From: Paraspadella gotoi
Lineage: Eukaryota; Animalia; Chaetognatha
DNA length: 16,307 nucleotides
NCBI GenBank assembly: GCA_051294375.1
Contig: CM119265.1
Span: 26,834,694-26,851,000 of the forward strand
Reading direction: 5' to 3'
Under the pieces are notes generated by a model that had not been told where the DNA came from, did no database searches, and saw only the letters and a list, made by a program, of their open reading frames with translations. The translations under genes and the position numbers were made by a program. Of this stretch, positions 9,330-16,307 are shown piece by piece. Every line of letters starts with the position of its first letter. Position 1 is the stretch's first letter.

Positions 9330-9650
9330 GGGTATTGGTTAGAATTACCAGTAGCATATGAATACTAGAAATAATGAGTGCAAATTGAAAGACTTTAAAA
9401 CATCATACAATAAGATCACTTAACTGTAGCGATCATACAATCACTAAAACCTAAATTGATACATATGTCTGTCATGGGTCTTTATCAGCTGAGATATGGA
9501 GAAGGGAAAAGGATCCTTGGCCAAGGGGGAACTAAACCGACAAATGGGCGGCCGAAGGAACGAGAGAGAGAGAGAGAGAAGAGCAGAAGAGAGAAGACGA
9601 GAGAGAGGAGACAGAGACGAGAGAGTTATTGACCTTGACGCTTGAGCACA
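9330..9650 (+). repeat. Copy 2 of the second duplicated block, with (GA)n at 9562-9625
   Basis: Colinear exact anchors shared with 3076-3520 (see that feature), continuing through TTATCAGC, GGAAAA and CCGAAGG. Confidence 0.88.
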
Positions 9651-9960
9651 AACATTTTTGTCTTGAATCGACGAAGCTTCAGCTCCCCCAAAAAAAACTA
9701 TAACAATTTTCTAAATAATAAATAATTTATTGACTTTTGGTTCTTCCTTCAACTGTTGTTTTTTCTTAAACCACAATTTATTCAACATTCCTTTTTTTTT
9801 CTTTTTCTTTTCTTTTTCTCTTCTTTTGTCTTTTCTTTTCTACATGTATACAACTTACCTCCCTTTCCTTTCCTCCGTTCTGAACTTTCCGATTCCCTTC
9901 ATCAAAGAGTTTTGGGGTTTTGAGGATTCAGATCTCTTTTCTTTCCTCCATTTCCCACGA

Positions 9961-10256
9961 ACCCTTTTTTTTTCTCCTTTCCTAACCTTCATATTTTTTT
10001 TCCTAACTTCTTTTTTTTTTACCTTTCTGACATCTACAATTTTTAATGCCATCATGTGTGAGTTTAAATTTTTTTTTAATTTTTATTTTTTTTTAATCTT
10101 ATTCTTTACTATTAACCTTCATTTTTTTCTTATTCCTTCTTTAATATCTTCCTCACGCTTTCCTTCAATCCCTTTTTTTCCTCCTTTTCTAACCTTCATA
10201 ATTTTATCTTTTTTCTTCTTTAATATCTTCCTCACGATTTCCTTAACTCTATTTCC
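9961..10256 (+). repeat. Degenerate pyrimidine-rich direct repeats
   Basis: TTTAATATCTTCCTCACG.TTTCCTT at about 10140 and 10219; CTAACCTTCATATTTT at about 9982 and 10189; TAACCTTCAT at about 10113. Confidence 0.7.
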
Positions 10257-10364
10257 TTCCTTCTTTTTTTTACCTTTCCAACCTCTTCATATTTCCGCCG
10301 GCAGATGGAAGTTTAAAATTTTAGAATTCCCGTTCTTACTTTTATTCTTCACCTTTTATTTCGA

Positions 10365-10645
10365 CTTCTTTTCTTTTCTTTTCTTTTTTCTCTTTTCTTT
10401 TCTTCTCTTCTTTTCTCTTTTCTTTTCTTCTCTTTTCCTTTCTTATATTTTCTTTTTTTTTCTTTTTTTTCTTCTTTTCTCTTCTCTTCTCTTTTCTTCT
10501 CTTCTCTTTTCTTTTCTTCTCTTTTCTTTTCTCTCTTTTTTTTCTTCTCTTACCTTCTCTTATCTTTTTTTCTCTTATCTTATCTTATCTTCTCTTCTCT
10601 TCTCTTCTCTTTTCTTCTATCTTATTCTCTTCTCTTTTCTTCCCT
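10365..10645 (+). repeat. Compound pentanucleotide microsatellite (TTTTC)n/(TCTTC)n/(TCTTA)n
   Basis: Directly visible 5-bp periodicity; the unit drifts from TTTTC to TCTTC to TCTTA. Confidence 0.85.
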
Positions 10646-10729
10646 TCACCCTATCTTCTTATTATCTACCAGACAACAGAAACTCTTCTTCATAATCTCT
10701 AAACTCTAAACTCGCTTCTCTCCCATTAA

Positions 10730-11040
10730 TTTTTGTTCTCTCCTTTTTTTTCCCTCCCTCTCTTCTCTCCTCTTCATTCCTTTCCTCCTCTCCGCCCCTA
10801 TTCTCCTCTTCTACCCTCTCTATCCCCCTCTCCTTCTCCCTCTCTCTCATCTTCCCGCCATCAGGAGCCATTTGAGGTTTCAGTCCTCCTTCCACTATAT
10901 TCATGGCTCCCGTGGGACGCGTCCTCGTCCTCGTCTTCCTCCTTCCTCCTCTTCCTCCTCCCCCCTCTCCTTCTCTCCTCCTCCTCTTCCTCCTCCGCCC
11001 CACGCTCGCGTCCCGGGCTCTTCTTCCTCTTCCTCCTCCT
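10730..11040 (+). repeat. (CT)/(CCT)n homopyrimidine tract with short GC-rich islands
   Basis: cctcctcttcctcc runs interrupted by unique islands at about 10849-10922 and 10995-11018. Confidence 0.8.
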
Positions 11041-11489
11041 ATTGGCTTGACACGCGACCCTCCTCATCTCCAGGGATTTAAACTTCCCTCCGCATTACCT
11101 CACTTTTTCTAGCGAGTTTCTTTCTTTTTTTTTCTTTTCTTTATTTTTATCCTTACTTGTCGTTTTTTTTTGTTTTGTTTTGTTTTTTTTTAACATTTTT
11201 TTTCTTTCAATTCTCCAAAGCAGCAACCGACTGAGTGTTGACTCTTAAGGATCGACATCGTACAACAGCATCATTAAAAAGGCAACAATATGCAATCATG
11301 AGAGAGAGTCGATCGCGGATCGTTTATCTATTTTAATAAATATAATCAAATGAGATATTATTCATCGCCCGTCTTTGGCTAGGGGCAAGCGTCATTAATT
11401 AAAATTAAAATTAATTTAAATCCGCTTACGATTTTTAACTAAATCCGTTTCATTCTCTTCATTTATTCCTTAATGGAGCCATAATGTCC

Positions 11490-11880
11490 TTTTTTTCTCC
11501 TTTAATATCCTTTTTTTGTCGCCTTTTTTATCCTTTTTTTTCATCTTTTTTTCCTTTTTTATTTTCTTATTTTTTTTCCTTTTGAGTTTTCATTCATTAT
11601 AAATTTATAAAATTCGCTTTTCTTCGTTTGTACTTCGTTTAATTATACTTATTGTCATTCCTTTTCTTATTCTCTTACTTATTTCCTCTCTAATTATTTT
11701 TTTCCATTTTTTTTTATCTTCATTTTCTTTCTCATTTATTCTTTCACCTTTTTTTCTTCTTCATTTTCAATTTCATTTTCTTTCATTTTCATTTACTTCT
11801 CATTCATTTTTTTCTTCTTCATTATCATTTTCTTCTTTCCTTTTTATCTTCTTCTTTTCTTTCCTCCCTTCCTCCCCCTC
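11490..11880 (+). repeat. T-rich low-complexity tract with (TTTTCA)n-like periodicity
   Basis: Recurrent ttttcattttc words, especially at 11750-11810. Confidence 0.7.
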
Positions 11881-12105
11881 GTTCTATAAACCCGCCCACA
11901 GATTTCTCCCAAAATATTTTCGCCTTTTTTGTTTTATTTTTCGTTTATTCTTCATTCTTCTTCGTTTACATCCTGTTTGTATAAATATAAAACTATTTTA
12001 TAACGTGATACAATTTTTATCCCAAATCTTAAAACCGAGACGTCTGTCGTTATCTCACAATCCTAGGACCAACCTAAAAACAAATTCAGAACCAGAACGA
12101 ATCTT

Positions 12106-12220
12106 AAGCCCAATTGAAAGCCCTATCCTTGGCCCAATTTACTCCCAACCTTTATCCCAATTCAAAGCCAAGTCTGAGGCCAAATTAAAAGCCAAATCTT
12201 AGGCCAAATTCTAGGTCAAA
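12106..12220 (+). repeat. Degenerate 12-bp tandem repeat (consensus about AGGCCAAATYYW), about 9-10 units
   Basis: aagcccaattga aagccctatcct tggcccaattta ... agccaagtctga ggccaaattaaa agccaaatctta ggccaaattcta ggtcaaa. Confidence 0.75.
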
Positions 12221-13097
12221 GTAAGAATCGAGCTTTCGATTCCAGAAGGCGGATCTCTATCTGTCAAAGAGAAGAGAAGAGAGAACGCCAACCACGCAAT
12301 ATCGTTTATGTTCCTGAGACTACTCTTGATAAGAAAGGAAAAGAACGCCTCTCTTAGTATCTTCGGCTAACCAGGCGTTTTATACCGCAATGCTTAAGAC
12401 AACGTAGTAAAAAACTTACTTCTAAGATTTTATAAAATATTATTCTCAAAGTCACTGTTTTAGGTTCAATAGGATGTTGTCTTTTACACTCATGTTGTTT
12501 TTACATAAAACCTAGTTTTGCTCCCTCTTATTGTTTACATTTATTAAATCGACCAAGTTAAATAAAGGAAAATAAGCATTAAGAGTTAGAATAGAGGAAA
12601 CAAAGACAAAGAACCAAAGATAGATACGGGAAAAAAAAACCCGATATCCCGTTTAGTGCCAACTCCTCAACTTACCTATTCTATTGTATCGCTGCGTTTG
12701 AGGTGAGTAGGGCAGCCAATTCGATCTATCGTAGTTGGTTCTTGATCTCGAATTGGACTCAGCGGAATGAGAGAGAGGTTTGTTTGGATTTCTGTGGGAA
12801 AGAAAAATGGATGAAAAAGGTAAGATAATGGAAATCCAAAAAGTTTAATTGTAGTTTTAATAGAAAATTATGCATTATTTAAGTCACTTTGCCTCTCTCT
12901 CTCTCTCTCTCGCTCACTATCTCTCTTCGTCCTCTTCGTCTTCTCTCATCCCAATCTCCTTAATCTCATTTGCATACAGAAGTAAATTTTTTTTAGAGTT
13001 TTAATATCGAGAAAATAACGGGAAAGGACTTTTCAATTTATTTTTTGCCTATTTTTTTCTATTTAAAATAAAATTAATGTTTTTAACTATGATATAT

Positions 13098-13355
13098 NNN
13101 NNNNNNNNNNNNNNNNNNNNNNNNNNNNNNNNNNNNNNNNNNNNNNNNNNNNNNNNNNNNNNNNNNNNNNNNNNNNNNNNNNNNNNNNNNNNNNNNNNNN
13201 NNNNNNNNNNNNNNNNNNNNNNNNNNNNNNNNNNNNNNNNNNNNNNNNNNNNNNNNNNNNNNNNNNNNNNNNNNNNNNNNNNNNNNNNNNNNNNNNNNNN
13301 NNNNNNNNNNNNNNNNNNNNNNNNNNNNNNNNNNNNNNNNNNNNNNNNNNNNNNN
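13098..13355. other. Assembly gap (258 N)
   Basis: N run. Confidence 0.99.
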
Positions 13356-13642
13356 ATTTGTCCTTGTTGGTTGTAAGAAATGGAAGCCTTAAGGGATCCT
13401 GGGCTTGGAATCAGGCTTGGGCGTCCTCAATCTTCCATGAGAGGGAGCAGGGATTGAACCACGCTAACAGTCATGAGCTGGCTTTACTCAATGAACCTCA
13501 GCACTGGGTACGATTGAAGGAGCCATGCTTGGAGGCGGGGTGAACTTATTGCGATGCTCGACTAAATAACTTTGTGAAATAATCACTAGAGTTTATTTTA
13601 ATTCGAATTTCAATTTAGGATGCGTGGGTTTCTCACTTTGGG

Positions 13643-13862
13643 NNNNNNNNNNNNNNNNNNNNNNNNNNNNNNNNNNNNNNNNNNNNNNNNNNNNNNNNNN
13701 NNNNNNNNNNNNNNNNNNNNNNNNNNNNNNNNNNNNNNNNNNNNNNNNNNNNNNNNNNNNNNNNNNNNNNNNNNNNNNNNNNNNNNNNNNNNNNNNNNNN
13801 NNNNNNNNNNNNNNNNNNNNNNNNNNNNNNNNNNNNNNNNNNNNNNNNNNNNNNNNNNNNNN
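13643..13862. other. Assembly gap (220 N)
   Basis: N run. Confidence 0.99.
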
Positions 13863-14035
13863 CGGTTATAAAGAAAAAGCATAAAATATTCACAGTCGCG
13901 TTAGGTTGGCAAAAGGTATTTAATTTTAAAATAGATAACAATAATAATTAAATAAGGTAGGACGTTCGAGATTTGTAATGAACTAAACTCGATATGTGTC
14001 ACTCGCAGTTTATTTTTCTTTTTCTATTTTCCCAA

Positions 14036-14036
<1 letters not shown>

Positions 14037-14071
<35 letters not shown>

Positions 14072-14253
14072 NNNNNNNNNNNNNNNNNNNNNNNNNNNNN
14101 NNNNNNNNNNNNNNNNNNNNNNNNNNNNNNNNNNNNNNNNNNNNNNNNNNNNNNNNNNNNNNNNNNNNNNNNNNNNNNNNNNNNNNNNNNNNNNNNNNNN
14201 NNNNNNNNNNNNNNNNNNNNNNNNNNNNNNNTCTCTCTCTCTCTCTCTCTCTC
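14037..14253 (+). repeat. Pure (CT)n microsatellite spanning a 160-N gap (14072-14231)
   Basis: Perfect (CT)n on both sides of the gap. Confidence 0.92.
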
Positions 14254-14547
14254 TATCCATCTGATCCCTTTCCATAATCTTTGCATATTCAGGCGTATTC
14301 ATCCTGTTTCCCATTCCGATCCCAATTTTACCCCGACTCGTAACATTTCCACAATTCGCAAACTGTTACGCGTCAAGTTTCCACGAAAGAAATCCCGTGA
14401 AAAAATCGGTTTAGCGGCAGCAAAAGAAAAAAGTAGAAAAAATAATTCTTTCTTTACAGAAAAAAAAATTTAAAAAAAAACTTATTTCTTTGCAAAAGAA
14501 AAAAAAGATAAATTTCAGGTCTGTGAGGATTCACAGAGTGAGAAAAA

Positions 14548-14818
14548 GGAGTGGAAACGGTGGAATTTGAAAAGTGGAACAATTGGAGATTCCTGAGTAT
14601 GACAAACCCGGAGTGGAAACGGTGGAATTTGAAAAGTGGAAAAACTGAAGAAAACTGAATGTGACAAAACCGGAGTGGAAATGATGGAATTTGAAAAGTG
14701 GAAAAATTGAACAATACTGAATGTGACAAAACCGGAGTGGAAATGATGGAATTTGAAAAGTGGAACATTTGAAAATTAAGAAACCAGAGTGGAAACGGTG
14801 GAATTTTAAAAGTGGAAA
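14548..14818 (+). repeat. 62-bp minisatellite, about 4.5 units, with a conserved 32-bp core GGAGTGGAAA(C/T)G(G/A)TGGAATTTGAAAAGTGGAA
   Basis: Cores start at 14548, 14610, 14672, 14734 and 14786 (periods 62, 62, 62, 52). The intervening halves are related to each other (CTGA.T.TGACAAA.CC). Confidence 0.95.
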
Positions 14819-15375
14819 AGGAAAATATTAAAATGTACTTTAATAACGTTTAAATATCCGTGAGTTGAGACGTTTACTATATTAAAAAAGGTGAGAGAAA
14901 AAAAGAAAATAAAAAAAAATCACAGTGAAAAAAAATGGTTTCATTCTGTCGACGATGAAAAGAGGACCGCCCCCCCGTCGTTTCTCTTTAATTCTTTGAC
15001 GGACGGATTTCATAGACAGACGTACTTTATGAACAGACTGTCGTCATGTATCGATATATTTGAAGTAATTAATACTTGATAAATATCGTAATAATCATCC
15101 AATGTCTTTCCAAATAGAAGATAATTTATGGCATTAATAATCATGATGCGCCATCTGCAAAGTTCATTTTGGTCACGATGGTCTCGTCATCTTTTTATGG
15201 AGATGAACTGACCCCAAAACTCCCACAGTCTGACCCTTTTCTCTTCCCTGAGGAAAATCGCCACACTTCATCCACAAGCAAGATCCCAAATGATCCTATG
15301 GACCACACTTGACTTTTCCCTGCTTTCACAGTGAATTGAATGATCACATACCAATTATTTTTCTCTTCCTCACTG

Positions 15376-15640
15376 CCTAATCTTAATTTTAACCCTAATA
15401 TTTAATCCTAATCTATTACCAAACGTCTTCCACGCTATCTTACCCTAATCCTTTACCCTGACCTAATCCTTAATCCTAACCATAAAGCCTAATCCCTATT
15501 CTCTAATCCTAACCCATAACCCTGACCCTAAGCTTTAGTCCCTAATCCTAATCCCTTACCCTAACCTAATCCTTAATCCTAACCCTGAAGCCTAATCCCT
15601 ATTCTCTAATCCTAATCCCATACCTAATCTCTAACCCTGA
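15376..15640 (+). repeat. Degenerate telomere-like repeat field (CCTAA/CCCTAA/CCTAAT) with a 103-bp higher-order duplication
   Basis: Many CCTAA(T/C) units. ACCTAATCCTTAATCCTAACC...AAGCCTAATCCCTATTCTCTAATCCTAA starts at both 15461 and 15564. Confidence 0.85.
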
Positions 15641-15814
15641 CGTCTATTCTAGTATTTAAAAACATAAAAGGGGCGTTTTAAGAAAATAAGGCAACATCCA
15701 CCTGTTATTATGACCACGCTCCCCGTCTCGCCAATTATAGAATCACTCGGCAATTCTGACCCCGAAACGCTTTTCCTCGATTTAATCACAATCACAGACG
15801 TGACCCTTCCCCCC

Positions 15815-15941
15815 NNNNNNNNNNNNNNNNNNNNNNNNNNNNNNNNNNNNNNNNNNNNNNNNNNNNNNNNNNNNNNNNNNNNNNNNNNNNNNNNNNNNNN
15901 NNNNNNNNNNNNNNNNNNNNNNNNNNNNNNNNNNNNNNNNN
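15815..15941. other. Assembly gap (127 N)
   Basis: N run following a C homopolymer. Confidence 0.99.
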
Positions 15942-16060
15942 GCAATTTTCACCCACTACAGATCTGACCCCCTCCAAACTCGATTTAAAATTCTCGGGTG
16001 GTTTTCCTCGAGAGTCCGACATGAAGCTGCCAACACTTAATCTTCTTCCAGGCGCGACGT

Positions 16061-16307
16061 AGAGAGAGAGAGAAAGTGAAAGAGGGAGGGAAGGAGAGAG
16101 GGAGGGGGCAGGAAAGAGAGGAGAAGAAAGATAAGAAAGAGAGGTAACAGAGGAGGGAGAGAAAAAGGAAGCGAGAGGGAGGGAGTGGAGGAGAAGAGGA
16201 AAGGGATGGGAGGAAAGAGAGAGAAGAGAGGAAGGAAAGGGATGGAAGGAAAGAGAAACGAGAAAAAGGAAAGGGATGGGAGGAAAGAGAAAAGAGAGGA
16301 GGGAAAG
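16061..16307 (+). repeat. Homopurine tract with about 35-bp repeat AGGAAAGGGATGG(G/A)AGGAAAGAGA, running off the window end
   Basis: Unit starts at about 16197, 16233 and 16267; the strand is nearly all G/A. Confidence 0.85.

Noticed and set aside
9730-10695. 321-aa Phe/Leu/Ser-rich ORF resembling a membrane protein
   Set aside because: It is open only because the C/T-rich strand rarely forms stop codons; it translates microsatellites and has a TTG start.
14548-14818. CRISPR array (32-bp repeats containing GAATTTGAAAAG, about 30-bp spacers, AT-rich leader-like flank)
   Set aside because: The spacers are homologous to each other (two share CTGAATGTGACAAAACC), there are no cas genes, and the context is eukaryotic microsatellite DNA. 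It is a minisatellite.
15049-15056. DRE/DREF element TATCGATA
   Set aside because: A single 8-bp AT-rich palindrome is expected by chance in 16 kb, and no associated gene start is visible.
13077-16022. ORFs containing long X runs
   Set aside because: They are open only because they cross N gaps.

Overview
This window is repeat-saturated, gap-containing eukaryotic genomic DNA, not a prokaryotic or phage locus. I recognise no complete gene, RNA gene, transposase or CRISPR-Cas system. It is dominated by (CT)n/(GA)n microsatellites, long homopyrimidine/homopurine tracts and several minisatellites (about 39, 24, 12, 62 and 35 bp units). It also has a degenerate CCTAA/CCCTAA telomere-like field and seven N-gaps. 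Dense simple repeats, TTAGG-type motifs and undepleted CpG suggest an invertebrate, possibly a decapod crustacean such as a penaeid shrimp (inference only). The main large-scale structure is one 0.6-1.4 kb segment present three times: 1701-3064 (+), 6331-6952 (+) and 7001-7861 (-). The last two form a long foldback around a 25-N gap. A second block of about 0.3-0.45 kb occurs twice (3076-3520 and 9330-9650). The copies differ mostly by scattered small indels, which looks like unpolished long-read gap filling, so the foldback and most ORFs may be assembly artefacts. The best biological candidates are a possibly frameshifted minus-strand exon with 13-codon-period repeats (1-772), a GC-rich exon-like island (5461-5671), and YY1/Pho-like ATGGCG motifs next to GAGA tracts. 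I found no convincing new biological system.
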